Shown piece by piece: positions 30,112 to 40,039 of a stretch of 64,000 bases of DNA. Each line of letters opens with the position of its first letter. Positions within the stretch are counted from its first letter, which is position 1. The notes beneath the pieces are model-generated. The model was not told the DNA's origin, did not search any database, and saw only the letters and a list, made by a program, of their open reading frames with translations. Made by a program: the position numbers and the translations under genes. This DNA comes from Chromatiales bacterium (GTDB lineage Bacteria; Pseudomonadota; Gammaproteobacteria; SpSt-1174). The DNA is taken from positions 18,877 to 82,876 of the forward strand of contig JABURS010000042.1 of the NCBI GenBank assembly GCA_014762505.1, read 5' to 3'.

Positions 30112-32457
30112 TCAGTCGAAGACGCCGCGGAACCAGCGCCGGATCGAGCCGCCCAGGCCGGCCGCGCAGTCGGCCCGGCCGGCGGGTTCCGAGCCCACCA
30201 CGAAGGGCACCCACTCGGCCCCCGGACAATGCTCCCCGGTGGCCAGGCCACTGGCGGGATCGACCGGCACCCAGGTGACGTTCCCGGGCCGCAGGGGCGA
30301 GAGCGGGCGCGTGGGGATGCTGCCCATGAGTTCGGCCCACACAGGCAGGGCCCCGGTGGCGCCGGTCAGTCCTGCCGGCTGGTTGTCGTCGCGGCCGATC
30401 CAGGTGACGGCCACGTGGCTGTCGGTATAACCCGCGAACCAGCTGTCGCGCAGGTCGTCCGTGGTGCCGGTCTTGCCCGCCACCGGGAGTGTCTCCGGCA
30501 GCAGCCGCTGCAGCGAGGTGGCCGTGCCGCGACGCGTCACCTCGTGCAGGGCCGTGGTGACGAGGTAGGTCGCGGCAGGGTCCGCAGCTTCCTCAATCTC
30601 GAGGGCGTAGCGCTGCAGGGTATCGCCGTTGCGGTCCATGACCTGGCGGATGGCGCGCAGGGGTGCGCGGTAGCCGCCGGCGGCCAGGGTCTGGTACATC
30701 TGGGTGACCTCCAGCGGCGAGAGCTCCACCGCCCCGAGCAGCATGGAGGGATAGGGATTGATGGGACGGTCCACGCCCAGCGCACGCACCCGATCGGCGA
30801 TGGCGTCCAGCCCCAGTGCCAGGCCCAGCCGCGCGCTGGAGACGTTGTAGGAGTTCACCAGCCCGTCGAGCAGGGTCACCTCGCCATGGTGCTCGCCGTC
30901 GTAGTTGCCCGGCGTCCAGTCCTGGTCGGCCGTAAGCGTCACCGTGAGCGGCCCGTCGTCGACGCGCGTCATCAGGGTGTAGTCCGCGGGCCGCGACAGG
31001 GCCTCGAGATAGATCGCCGGCTTGATCAGCGAGCCGATGGGCCGACGCGCCGTGAGCGCCCGGTTGAAGCCCGCATAGCGCGGGTCGCGACCCCCCACCA
31101 CCGCCAGCAGCTCGCCCTGCCCCGCCGCCACCACGGTGGCGGCCTGCAGCGTGCCGGCCGCCAGGCGGTAGTCGGCCTCGATGCGCGACAGGCGCGTCTC
31201 GACCGCCCGTTCGGCGGCCAGCTGGACGGCCGGGTCCATGTTGGTGAAGATGAACAGCCCCTCGCTGCGCAGGTCCTCCTCGCGGTAGTCGCGCCTGAGC
31301 TGCTCGCGTACCACGTCGAGGTAGGCCGGGAACGGCGTGACGCCGGAGGGTGGCGAGTCCACCACGTCCAACCCGCGGCCGCGGGCCGAGGCCAGCTCGG
31401 CGTCCGTCAGCCGCCCCTGTTCGTGCAGGAGGTCGAGCACGAGGTTGCGCCGCGCCAGTGCGCGCTCGGGGTGACGGCGCGGGTCGTAGTAGGAGGCGCC
31501 CTTGACGATGGCGACCAGCAGGGCCACCTGGTGCGGCGCCAGCCGGTCGAGACGACGCTGGAAGTAGAACTCGCTGGCGAGGCCGAAGCCGTGGATCGAG
31601 CGCGCCCCGTCCTGGCCGAGATAGATCTCGTTGAGATAGGCCTCGAGGATGGCATCCTTCTCGTAGTGCCACTCCAGCAACAGGGCCATGATGGCCTCGT
31701 TGAACTTGCGCGTGAGGGTGCGCTCGTTGCTCAGGTAGAAGTTCTTCACCAGCTGCTGGGTGATGGTGCTGCCGCCCTGCACCGCCCGTCCGGCGCGCAG
31801 GTTGGCGAGCGCCGCGCGCGCGATGGACGTCGGGCTCAGGCCATGGTGTTCGTAGAACTGCCGGTCCTCCACCGCGAGCAGCGCCGCCACCAGCAGGGGC
31901 GGCACCTCGTCCAGGCGCACCAGCAGACGGTCCTCATTGTGCACCGGATAGATGTTGGCGATGAGCAGGGGTTCGACACGGGCCAGGGCCAGCGGCTCGC
32001 CGCTGATGGCATGGTTGAGGGCCTGCACCCGGCCGTCCCGCAGGGTCAGGCTCAGGGCATGGGCCGGCTCGGCATCGGCGGCAAAGGCGAAGCCGCGGGT
32101 ATGCAGCAGGAAGTGCCCGCCGCTGCGCCGGAACTCGCCCGGGTTCTGCGGCCGCGCCACGCGCCGGTAGTGCAGGAGCTCCAGTTCGCGCTGCAGCGCA
32201 TCGGGCGTCAGCAGCTGTCCGGCATGCAGCTCCAGCGGGCGCGCAAACACCCGCGCCGGCAACGCCCAGCGCTTGCCCTCGAAGTGATGGCGCACGGAAT
32301 AGTCGAGCCAGACCACGTAACCGGCCAGCAGCACGGCCAGCAGGGCCGCGGTGCGCAGGGCGTAGCGGCGCCAGTTCGACGGCCGCCGGCCGGGCGGTGA
32401 CTTGCGCGGCGGGTTGTTCCGGCGCCGCGGTTTCGCGGTTTTCTTCCTGGGTGGCAT
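30112..32457 (-). CDS. mrcB: Penicillin-binding protein 1B (bifunctional glycosyltransferase/transpeptidase)
   Basis: 781 aa with a basic N-terminus plus TM helix, GT51 motif EDRQFYEHHG, and transpeptidase motifs SLIK, SYN and KTGTT. Confidence 0.93.
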   Translation of the reverse strand: MPPRKKTAKPRRRNNPPRKSPPGRRPSNWRRYALRTAALLAVLLAGYVVWLDYSVRHHFEGKRWALPARVFARPLELHAGQLLTPDALQRELELLHYRRVARPQNPGEFRRSGGHFLLHTRGFAFAADAEPAHALSLTLRDGRVQALNHAISGEPLALARVEPLLIANIYPVHNEDRLLVRLDEVPPLLVAALLAVEDRQFYEHHGLSPTSIARAALANLRAGRAVQGGSTITQQLVKNFYLSNERTLTRKFNEAIMALLLEWHYEKDAILEAYLNEIYLGQDGARSIHGFGLASEFYFQRRLDRLAPHQVALLVAIVKGASYYDPRRHPERALARRNLVLDLLHEQGRLTDAELASARGRGLDVVDSPPSGVTPFPAYLDVVREQLRRDYREEDLRSEGLFIFTNMDPAVQLAAERAVETRLSRIEADYRLAAGTLQAATVVAAGQGELLAVVGGRDPRYAGFNRALTARRPIGSLIKPAIYLEALSRPADYTLMTRVDDGPLTVTLTADQDWTPGNYDGEHHGEVTLLDGLVNSYNVSSARLGLALGLDAIADRVRALGVDRPINPYPSMLLGAVELSPLEVTQMYQTLAAGGYRAPLRAIRQVMDRNGDTLQRYALEIEEAADPAATYLVTTALHEVTRRGTATSLQRLLPETLPVAGKTGTTDDLRDSWFAGYTDSHVAVTWIGRDDNQPAGLTGATGALPVWAELMGSIPTRPLSPLRPGNVTWVPVDPASGLATGEHCPGAEWVPFVVGSEPAGRADCAAGLGGSIRRWFRGVFD

Positions 32458-32496
32458 GGATCGGTGTCGGGTTATCCAGTGGTGACCGCGCCGGGG

Positions 32497-33231
32497 CTAT
32501 CGTGCGGCATAGTAGCCGAAGACCTTGCGCAGCAGTGCCGTCGTGCGGGCCACCGGCTGTTCACGGATACGGCCCTCTTCCTCGGCGATATAGAGGAACA
32601 GGCCGTCCAGCGCCCGCCGGGTGACGTAGGCATCGAGGTCCTGCAGTTCGGGACTGAGCATGGACTTCAGCATGCCGGTGCGGTCGATCATGTCCTTGTA
32701 GGCCTGGGTCACGCCGACGCTGTCGGTCTGTCGCGCCACCACGGGCAGAAAGACGGCATAGAGTTCATCCCCGGCATGCTGGCGGAAATAGGTCGTGGCG
32801 GCATCGTCCGGGCCGCGCACGATGCCCAGGGCATCCTCCAGCGTCATCGCCCGGAGCGCCCGGGCGAAGATCGCCGTGGCATAGGGTACCGACTCCTCCG
32901 CCGCGCGATTGAGGGACTGTTCAAACTCCCGCACATGGCGTTCCTGGCCGAGCCGTTCCAGCGTGCCGGCCACGCGCGCGAGCTCGTCCGGCAGCGGGAT
33001 GCGCACGCGCCGATCCGCACTGAAGGCGCCCTCACGACCCAGCTGGGTGGTGGCGCGCGTGACCCCCTGCGACAGGGCCTCGCGCAGGGCATCGGCGACC
33101 TCCTGCTGCGTCGGCTGCACGGACGTCCCTGCGACGGTGGCGGGCAGCCTCACCGGCATATCCAGACAGGCCGTCAGCAGCAGGGCCGGCAGGCCTGCCA
33201 GGACCCATCGCCATTGGCGCCAGAGGTGCAT
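32497..33231 (-). CDS. DUF4197-family lipoprotein
   Basis: ATG 33229-33231 (MHLWRQWRWVLAGLPALLLTACL) lies within ORF 32497..33384, with AAGGA upstream. The helical repeat-like sequence fits my recollection of DUF4197. Confidence 0.6.
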   Translation of the reverse strand: MHLWRQWRWVLAGLPALLLTACLDMPVRLPATVAGTSVQPTQQEVADALREALSQGVTRATTQLGREGAFSADRRVRIPLPDELARVAGTLERLGQERHVREFEQSLNRAAEESVPYATAIFARALRAMTLEDALGIVRGPDDAATTYFRQHAGDELYAVFLPVVARQTDSVGVTQAYKDMIDRTGMLKSMLSPELQDLDAYVTRRALDGLFLYIAEEEGRIREQPVARTTALLRKVFGYYAAR

Positions 33232-33282
33232 TTTCTTTATCCTTTTCGGCTTTCCGCCGCCCATGACCATCGAGCCAGTATA

Positions 33283-34845
33283 ATGTCCGACGCCATCGAC
33301 ACCCAGCGCCGCCTCATCGAGGCCCTGAAGCATCCCGGTGCGTACCCGCACCCCGTGACCGGCGTCGAGGAGATCCAGACCCACATCTCCACCGTGCTGC
33401 TGACGGGCGATTACGCCTACAAGCTCAAGAAGCCGCTGGACCTCGGCTTTCTCAACTTCGCCACCCTGACCGACCGCAAGCGCTACTGTGAGGAGGAGCT
33501 GCGACTCAACCGCCGGCTCGCCCCCAGTCTCTATCTCGATGTCGTCGCCTTCACCGGCAGCCCGGAGTCACCCGGCTTCGACGGCGAGGGCGAGGCCTTC
33601 GAATACGCCGTGAAGATGCGCCAGTTCGACCAGGACACCCTGCTCGACCGCGTGCTCGCGCGCGGCGAGCTGAGCCTTGCACGCATGGAGGAGATCGCCG
33701 ACCGCGTGGCCGTCTTCCACGCCGGGGCGGCCGTGGCCGGTGACGACTTGCCCTTCGGCACCAGCGAGGCGGTGTACGCGCCCATGGCGCAGAACTTCGA
33801 ACAGCTCGCCCCGCTCATCACCGACCCCGAGCAGCAGGCCCAGCTCGAACGCCTGGCGGCGTGGACGCGGGCGCGCTTCGAGGAGCTCCGCCCCCTGCTC
33901 GATGCACGCAAGCGCGACGGCTTTGTTCGCGAGTGCCACGGCGACATGCACCTGGGCAACATGGCCCTGATCGACGGGGAACTCGCCATCTTCGACGGCA
34001 TCGAGTTCAACGACTACTTCCGCTGGATCGACGTGATGAGCGAGATCGCCTTCCTGGTGATGGACCTCGACGATCGCGGCGCCCACACCCACGCCCGTCA
34101 CGTGCTGAACCACTACCTCGAACGCTCCGGCGACTACGAGGGCCTGCGCCTGCTGCGGTTCTACCAGGTCTACCGCGCCATGGTGCGCGCCAAGGTCTCG
34201 AGCATCCGCCTGTCCCAGGGCGGCCTGTCCGACGAGGAGCGCGCACGCATCCTGAAGGCCTACCAGGGCTATGCCGATCTGGCCGAGCACTACACCACCC
34301 TGCACCGCCCGGGCATCGCCATCACCTATGGCCTCTCCGGTTCGGGCAAGACCACCGTCTCCCAGGCCCTGGTCGACGACCTAGGCGCAATCCGCCTGCG
34401 CTCGGACGTCGAGCGCAAGCGCCTGTTCGGGCTGTCGCCCGAGGCGGACTCCAGGTCCGCCGTCAACGCCGGCATCTACACCGCCGAGGCCACGCAACGC
34501 ACCTATGACCGCCTGCGCGAACTCTGCGGCGTGCTGGCCGAATCGGGCTTTCTCGCCGTGGCCGACGCCACCTTCCTCAAGCGGGCCCAGCGCCGGGCCT
34601 TTGCCGACCTGGCCGGCACGCTCGGCTGTCCCTTCCTGGTGCTGGAGCTCAGCGTGGACAACGCCGAGCTGCGCCGGCGCGTGGTGGCGCGCGCCCAGCA
34701 GGGCGGCGACGCCTCCGAGGCCGACCTCGCCGTGCTCGAACAGCAGTTCGCCAGCCGCGAGCCGCCCGAGGGCGAGGCCGTGCTCAGCCTGCGTTCCGGC
34801 GAGGACCTGCCGCTCGCGATCCTGCGGGAGCGTCTCGGCCAGTAG
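33283..34845 (+). CDS. Fusion protein: aminoglycoside-phosphotransferase-like kinase domain + P-loop (AAA/ATP-binding) kinase-like domain
   Basis: ATG 33283 lies within ORF 32464..34845, giving 520 aa. The catalytic loop is HGDMHLGNM followed by FDGIEF. The C-terminal Walker A is GLSGSGKTT. Confidence 0.75.
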   Translation: MSDAIDTQRRLIEALKHPGAYPHPVTGVEEIQTHISTVLLTGDYAYKLKKPLDLGFLNFATLTDRKRYCEEELRLNRRLAPSLYLDVVAFTGSPESPGFDGEGEAFEYAVKMRQFDQDTLLDRVLARGELSLARMEEIADRVAVFHAGAAVAGDDLPFGTSEAVYAPMAQNFEQLAPLITDPEQQAQLERLAAWTRARFEELRPLLDARKRDGFVRECHGDMHLGNMALIDGELAIFDGIEFNDYFRWIDVMSEIAFLVMDLDDRGAHTHARHVLNHYLERSGDYEGLRLLRFYQVYRAMVRAKVSSIRLSQGGLSDEERARILKAYQGYADLAEHYTTLHRPGIAITYGLSGSGKTTVSQALVDDLGAIRLRSDVERKRLFGLSPEADSRSAVNAGIYTAEATQRTYDRLRELCGVLAESGFLAVADATFLKRAQRRAFADLAGTLGCPFLVLELSVDNAELRRRVVARAQQGGDASEADLAVLEQQFASREPPEGEAVLSLRSGEDLPLAILRERLGQ

Positions 34846-34964
34846 GCCGTCCCGCAGCGATTCAGTCCCGATTCAGCGGCAGGTCACAAACTGATGGCCC
34901 CGGCCTTGGCCCTGCCGGCCCGCCGGGACTAGACTCGAATCGAACCAGAAACGGGACCCCAGCC

Positions 34965-35456
34965 ATGCCGATCCGACCGCTCGCCACAGTCTGCCTCGCC
35001 ACCGCCCTGCTCTACGGCTGCGGCGGCGGCAGCAACGTCCAGACCGGGTCGCGCGGCCCCGGCGCCCAGGAACTGCGTGCCCTCGAGATCGAGCGCCAGT
35101 ACGTGGTGCGCACGGCGCAGTCGATGATCGGCAAGCCCTACCGCTACGGCGGCAACTCCCCCAGCCGCGGCTTCGACTGCAGCGGCCTGGTGGAGTACGC
35201 CCATCGCGTGGCGGGCATCCCCGTCCCCCGCACCACCACCCAGCAGCATTCCACCGCCCGCCCCGTGGCACTGAACGATCTGCGCCCGGGCGACCTGCTG
35301 TTCTTCCGCATCCAGGGCAAGACCGGCCATGTCGGCATCTACCTGGGCGACGGCCGTTTCGTGCACGCCCCCTCCGGCGGGAAGAGCGTGAGCACCGCCC
35401 GCCTGGACAACGTCTACTGGAAACCGCGCCTGATCGGCGCCGGCCACTACTACTGA
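34965..35456 (+). CDS. NlpC/P60 (C40) peptidoglycan endopeptidase lipoprotein
   Basis: 163 aa with lipobox ALLYGCG, catalytic Cys context RGFDCSGLV and His context GHVGIYLG. Confidence 0.88.
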   Translation: MPIRPLATVCLATALLYGCGGGSNVQTGSRGPGAQELRALEIERQYVVRTAQSMIGKPYRYGGNSPSRGFDCSGLVEYAHRVAGIPVPRTTTQQHSTARPVALNDLRPGDLLFFRIQGKTGHVGIYLGDGRFVHAPSGGKSVSTARLDNVYWKPRLIGAGHYY

Positions 35457-37294
35457 GGCGCGGCGGAAAGCACCCGCGTGATGTAGCCGCCATGCAGCAG
35501 CGGCTGCGGCCCGAGTGACTGCGGCTGACGATCCCGGGCAGCCGCCACCCGCCCGGCCAGCACCCCGTCATCGAAATGCGCCGCGACGGCCGCCGTGGCC
35601 GCCAGCAGGGCCGTGGTGGCGGAGGGCAGGACGTCATCCGGCAGCAGCAGGACGGTCGACTGCACCGGCAGCAGGGCATCGGGCTGGGCCTGCCAGCGGC
35701 CCCCGGCATGAAAACCGGCCCAGGCCGCCTGCACCAGTTCGCGGGCAAACGCCCAGTCCGCCGCCTCGCCGCTGAGGCGCGCCCAGGCCACCACGCCATC
35801 GGCCAGCAGGGCGTAGTCGGCGAGCAGGCCGGGGCCCAGCGAGCCCCCCGCCTCGTCCAGGCCCCGGCGCAACGCCCCTTCCACCCAGAGTGACTCGCGG
35901 GCAAAGGCCAGCAGCTCCCGCCCGGCCCGCTCGGCCGCCTCGTCCCCCGCCGCCGCACCGGCGGCAAAGGCCGACAGGGCCAGGCCGTTCCAGGCGGTGA
36001 GCCGCTTTTCGTCGCGTGGCAGGCCGCGGGCAGCGCGCCGCTCACGCAGGCCCCTGGCGGTGCGTTCCAGGGCCGCCGCCAGCTCCCCGGGTGTCACGTC
36101 CAGGCGGCTGGCGAGGGTCGTCGGCGGCGCCTGCAGATACAGCAGATGGCCTGCCTCGAAGTGGGCCGGGCGTTCCAGCCCCCAGGCCGCCTTCACCAGC
36201 GGCCAGTCCGCCCCGGCCGCCTGGCGCACGACATCGGCCTCGAAGAGGTAGTAACCGCCCTCCACGTCCCGGTCGTCCACGGCCGAGAGGCTGGCGATGT
36301 AGCCGCCATCGGGGTGGCGCAGCGCACGCCGGATGAAGCCCAGGGTGGCCAGCCCGGTGGCGCGGTAGGCGGGCTCCTCCAGTACGGTGGCGGCCTTGAG
36401 ATAGAGGGCGGCGAGCTGGGCGTTGTCGTACAGCATCTTCTCGAAGTGCGGCACCTCCCAGTGGGGGTCCTCGGTGTAGCGGAAGAAGCCCTCGCCCACG
36501 TGGTCGCGCAGCCCCCCGTCGCGCATGACATCCAGCGTGGTGCGCAGAAAGGCCTCGAGGGGCTCGCGCTCGCCCGCCGGCAGGGCCAGCAGGGCCGCGA
36601 GCCGCGCCGGCAGCGGGAACTTGGACTGGTTGCCGAAGCCGCCGGAGAACTCGTCGGCCTCGGCCAGGGCCTGGCGTCGCAGCCCCCGGCGGGCGGCCAC
36701 GGGGCCCAGGGGGCTTTCCAGGGCCAGCGCCTCGGGCGAGGTGGCATTGAGCTCGCGCCAGGCACCGGCGGCCACCGCCGCCAGCTGATCGCCATCGGCC
36801 GCCCAGCGCTGCTGCAGGCGCTGCAGGAAGGCGAGAAAGTCGTCACGCGGCTGATAGACGGTGCCGATGAGCGGATAGCCCTCGGGCGTGAGGAAGACGT
36901 TCAGCGGCCAGCCGCCCTGCCCGCGCGTGGCCTCGAGAAAGGCCATCATGCGCTCGTCCAGCACCGGCTCGACCTCGCGATCCACCTTTACCGCGACGAA
37001 GTGCGCATTCACGTAGGCGGCCACCTCCGCATCCTGGAAGCTCTCGCGCTGCATCACGTGGCACCAGTGACAGGCGTAGTAGCCGATGGAGAGGAAGATC
37101 AGCCGGTTGTCGCGCTGCGCATCGGCCAGCACCGAGGCATCCCACTCCCGCCAGGCCAGCGGGTCGTCCGCATGCAGGCGCAGATAGGGCGAGCCGGAGT
37201 CGGCCAGCGGGCTCCGGGCCATCGCCGACAGCGGGGCCAGGCCGGCAAGCAGTGTCAGGAACAGGAACAGGCCGATTCGATACGGGCGGCGCAT
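35450..37294 (-). CDS. Thioredoxin-domain protein of the DUF255 / YyaL family (secreted)
   Basis: 614 aa with a signal peptide, an N-terminal thioredoxin-like region with CHWCH, and a long alpha/alpha-toroid-like C-terminus. The convergent 3' ends overlap the NlpC/P60 gene by 7 nt. Confidence 0.8.
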   Translation of the reverse strand: MRRPYRIGLFLFLTLLAGLAPLSAMARSPLADSGSPYLRLHADDPLAWREWDASVLADAQRDNRLIFLSIGYYACHWCHVMQRESFQDAEVAAYVNAHFVAVKVDREVEPVLDERMMAFLEATRGQGGWPLNVFLTPEGYPLIGTVYQPRDDFLAFLQRLQQRWAADGDQLAAVAAGAWRELNATSPEALALESPLGPVAARRGLRRQALAEADEFSGGFGNQSKFPLPARLAALLALPAGEREPLEAFLRTTLDVMRDGGLRDHVGEGFFRYTEDPHWEVPHFEKMLYDNAQLAALYLKAATVLEEPAYRATGLATLGFIRRALRHPDGGYIASLSAVDDRDVEGGYYLFEADVVRQAAGADWPLVKAAWGLERPAHFEAGHLLYLQAPPTTLASRLDVTPGELAAALERTARGLRERRAARGLPRDEKRLTAWNGLALSAFAAGAAAGDEAAERAGRELLAFARESLWVEGALRRGLDEAGGSLGPGLLADYALLADGVVAWARLSGEAADWAFARELVQAAWAGFHAGGRWQAQPDALLPVQSTVLLLPDDVLPSATTALLAATAAVAAHFDDGVLAGRVAAARDRQPQSLGPQPLLHGGYITRVLSAAPQ

Positions 37295-37345
37295 GGCATC
37301 CTCGCGGGCTGGGGTGCTCTCAGAGAAGACCGGTCAGCCGGGAAA

Positions 37346-37690
37346 TCATTCCCTGCCCTGCTGACGACAGGCAAGGTCGTAGCGCATCACGGCCAGATAG
37401 TCCGGCACCAGGCGCTTGAAGACGATGGCCAGCAGCATGCGCAGCAGGCCCGAGACGAAGAGCATGAGCAGGAAGCCCGTGAGCAGGCACATGAGCCAGA
37501 GGCCGAACGAGAGCAGCCAGCCCTCCACCTTGTCGGCGATGGGCAGGTAGAAGCCGAAGGTCATGCCCAGCAGCACGCACAGAAACAGCAGGCTGTGGGC
37601 CCCGCTGAAGGCGCGGCTGAGTTCCTGGTAGCGGGCCTCGGTGAGACCGAAGTCGGCGAGTTGCGGCGGGTTGTCGGGCATGGCGGGCAA
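37346..37690 (-). CDS. Hypothetical small membrane protein (114 aa, 2-3 TM helices)
   Basis: The ORF has two or three strongly hydrophobic segments (LLFLCVLLGMTFGFYL; WLLSFGLWLMCLLTGFLLMLFVSGLL). It lies on the same strand between tilS and the DUF255 gene. I recognise no family. Confidence 0.5.
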   Translation of the reverse strand: MPAMPDNPPQLADFGLTEARYQELSRAFSGAHSLLFLCVLLGMTFGFYLPIADKVEGWLLSFGLWLMCLLTGFLLMLFVSGLLRMLLAIVFKRLVPDYLAVMRYDLACRQQGRE

Positions 37691-37735
37691 TCGATACGAA
37701 ACGGCGGGACAGCTTCACACAGGCGCGGGCCCGCC

Positions 37736-39040
37736 TCAAGCCCCGTGCCGGCAGGCGGCCGGGTCGGCGATCCAGCGCGTGCCCGCGGCCACCAGCACCT
37801 CGCCAACAAAAACCAGCGGCAGGCGTTCACGCTCCCAGGGCGGCATGCCCGCCGCCTGCATCAGGGTCTTGAGGGCGGAGGAATGCGCCCGTCCCGGCAG
37901 GCGGATGCGCTCGCCGCCGCGACGAAAGCGCACCGTCACGGGGCCCGGGCAGGTCCCGGGCGTGATGCCGGCGGCGGCGAGGAATGCCGGGTCCAGGCTG
38001 AGCCCGAGGGCGGGGATGGCCAGCGGGCGGCGCAGGTCCCAGGGGATGGGCTCGCGTGGAGGCGCCGGCAGCGCCGGCAGGGCATGGAGCTCGTCGCGGT
38101 AGCGGCGCACCTCCACCTCGGCCCAGGTCACGCAGGGTGTTCGGTCGGGACCGGCGGTGAGGGCCGCGTCGAGGATGGCATCCATCCGCCCGCGCGGCGG
38201 GGCGGCGAGCCCCTTGTCCCGCAGCCAGAGCCGCAGCAGGTTGCGGCAGCGCCCCCGCCGCAGGCGGCGCAGGGCCTGCACGGAGAGCGTGCCCGGCGCC
38301 TCGCCCCGGCAGCGCTCGGCATCGTCGCGCGCCAGGGCGTCGAGCTGCGCCAGGGCGTCGGCCTGGTTGGCTGCCGCGGCGGCCAGCCGGGCACTCGCCC
38401 CCGGCCAGCGCTCGGCCAGGCGCGGGAGGATCTCCTGTCGCAGGTAGTTGCGGTCGAAGCGCGGGTCGGCATTGCTCGGGTCCTCCACCCAGGCGAGCCC
38501 GGCGTCGTGGGCATGGGCCGCCAGCGCCCGCCGCGGCAGGTCCAGCAGGGGCCGGCCCAGCCAGCCGGGCCCGAAGGGCGCCAGGCGCGGCATGGCGGCC
38601 AGCCCCGCCGGCCCGGCCCCGCGCAGCAGCTGCAGGAGCAGGGTTTCGGCCTGGTCGTCCTGGTGATGGGCGGTGAGCAACAGGTCGCGCGGCTGCATGG
38701 CGTCGGCCAGGGCGCGATAGCGGGCCTCGCGGGCGGCGGCCTCCAGCCCCTGCCCCGCCAGGTCCGTCTCCGCCACCGTCACCCGCGACACCGCGAGCGG
38801 TACGGAGAGCGCCGCACACACCGCCTCGCAGTGCAGAATCCAGTCGTCGGCCTGCGGCTGCAGGCCATGGTGGACGTGCACGGCCTGCAGCGGGCGCTCG
38901 TCGCCACGCCGGGCCAGGCTCGCTCGCAGGGCATGCAGCAGCACATGGGAGTCGAGCCCGCCGCTGAAGGCGACGAGCAGGCGCCCCGCGGGCGGGGCGT
39001 TGTCGAGGAATTCGTCGAGGGGGGAGAGATCAGCGGCCAT
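37736..39040 (-). CDS. tilS: tRNA(Ile)-lysidine synthase
   Basis: 434 aa with PP-loop SGGLDS near the N-terminus. It occupies the conserved position after accA. Confidence 0.92.
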   Translation of the reverse strand: MAADLSPLDEFLDNAPPAGRLLVAFSGGLDSHVLLHALRASLARRGDERPLQAVHVHHGLQPQADDWILHCEAVCAALSVPLAVSRVTVAETDLAGQGLEAAAREARYRALADAMQPRDLLLTAHHQDDQAETLLLQLLRGAGPAGLAAMPRLAPFGPGWLGRPLLDLPRRALAAHAHDAGLAWVEDPSNADPRFDRNYLRQEILPRLAERWPGASARLAAAAANQADALAQLDALARDDAERCRGEAPGTLSVQALRRLRRGRCRNLLRLWLRDKGLAAPPRGRMDAILDAALTAGPDRTPCVTWAEVEVRRYRDELHALPALPAPPREPIPWDLRRPLAIPALGLSLDPAFLAAAGITPGTCPGPVTVRFRRGGERIRLPGRAHSSALKTLMQAAGMPPWERERLPLVFVGEVLVAAGTRWIADPAACRHGA

Positions 39041-39082
39041 GGTGCGAGGCCCATGCGGCGGGGCCCGGCGGACCGGACGGGG

Positions 39083-40039
39083 TCATTCCTTGAACTGGCC
39101 GTAGCTCATCAGGCGCTCGTAGCGCTGATCCAGCAGGCGGTCGATGGTGGTGCTGCCCAGGCGCTCCAGGGACTGGTGCAGGCTGTTGCGCAGGTTGCGC
39201 GCCATCAGGTCCATGTTGCGATGCGCGCCGCCCAGCGGCTCGTCGATGATGTCGTCGATGAGCCCGAGCTGCTTGAGGCGCTCGGAGGTGATCCCCAGGG
39301 CCTCGGCGGCGTCGGAGGCGCGTTCGGCGCTCTTCCAGAGGATGGAGGCACAACCCTCGGGGGAGATCACCGAGTAGGTGCTGTATTCGAGCATGTTGAC
39401 GCGGTCGCCCACGCCGATGGCCAGCGCCCCGCCGGAGCCGCCCTCGCCGATCACGGTGCAGATGATCGGCGTCTTGAGCTCGGACATGACGAACAGGTTG
39501 CGCGCGATGGCCTCGCTCTGGCCGCGCTCCTCGGCCCCCACGCCCGGATAGGCGCCCGGGGTGTCGATGAAGGTGAGCACCGGCAGCTTGAAGCGCTCGG
39601 CCATCTGCATCAGGCGCAGGGCCTTGCGATACCCCTCGGGGCGCGGCATGCCGAAGTTGCGGCGGATCTTTTCCTTGGTGTCGCGACCCTTCTGGTGGCC
39701 GATGATCATCACCGGCTGGCCCTCGAAGCGCGCCATGCCGCCCACGATGGCTGGGTCGTCGGCATAGGCGCGGTCGCCGTGCAGCTCCTGGAAGTCGTCG
39801 AAGATGCGCTCGATGTAGTCCAGGGTATAGGGACGGCGGGGATGACGGGCCAGCTGGGAGACCTGCCAGGGCGTGAGCTTGGCGAAGATGGACTCCGTCA
39901 GGCTCTTGCACTTGCCCTGCAGGCGCGCGATCTCCTCGTTGATGTTGACCTCGGCATCGTCACCCACATAGCGCAGCTCCTCGATCTTGGCCTCGAGCTC
40001 GGCGATGGGTTGTTCGAAATCAAGAAAGTCGGGATTCAT
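39083..40039 (-). CDS. accA: Acetyl-CoA carboxylase carboxyltransferase subunit alpha
   Basis: 318 aa, AccA-like throughout ([23 protein letters not shown]...). Confidence 0.97.
   Translation of the reverse strand: MNPDFLDFEQPIAELEAKIEELRYVGDDAEVNINEEIARLQGKCKSLTESIFAKLTPWQVSQLARHPRRPYTLDYIERIFDDFQELHGDRAYADDPAIVGGMARFEGQPVMIIGHQKGRDTKEKIRRNFGMPRPEGYRKALRLMQMAERFKLPVLTFIDTPGAYPGVGAEERGQSEAIARNLFVMSELKTPIICTVIGEGGSGGALAIGVGDRVNMLEYSTYSVISPEGCASILWKSAERASDAAEALGITSERLKQLGLIDDIIDEPLGGAHRNMDLMARNLRNSLHQSLERLGSTTIDRLLDQRYERLMSYGQFKE

Noticed and set aside
33279-33285. A perfect TATAAT overlapping the ATG of the APH/P-loop fusion gene, considered as a promoter for a leaderless mRNA
   Set aside because: A -10 box must end about 7 nt upstream of the transcription start. 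Here it overlaps the start codon itself, so it cannot drive a leaderless transcript beginning at that ATG. It is probably coincidental.
34921-34960. A tRNA-like string (minus strand ...TGGTTCGATTCGAGTC...) suggesting a tRNA 3' fragment or att site
   Set aside because: The flanking bases cannot form a T-stem (TCTGG versus CGAGT are not complementary). There is no acceptor or anticodon arm and no integrase or island genes nearby.
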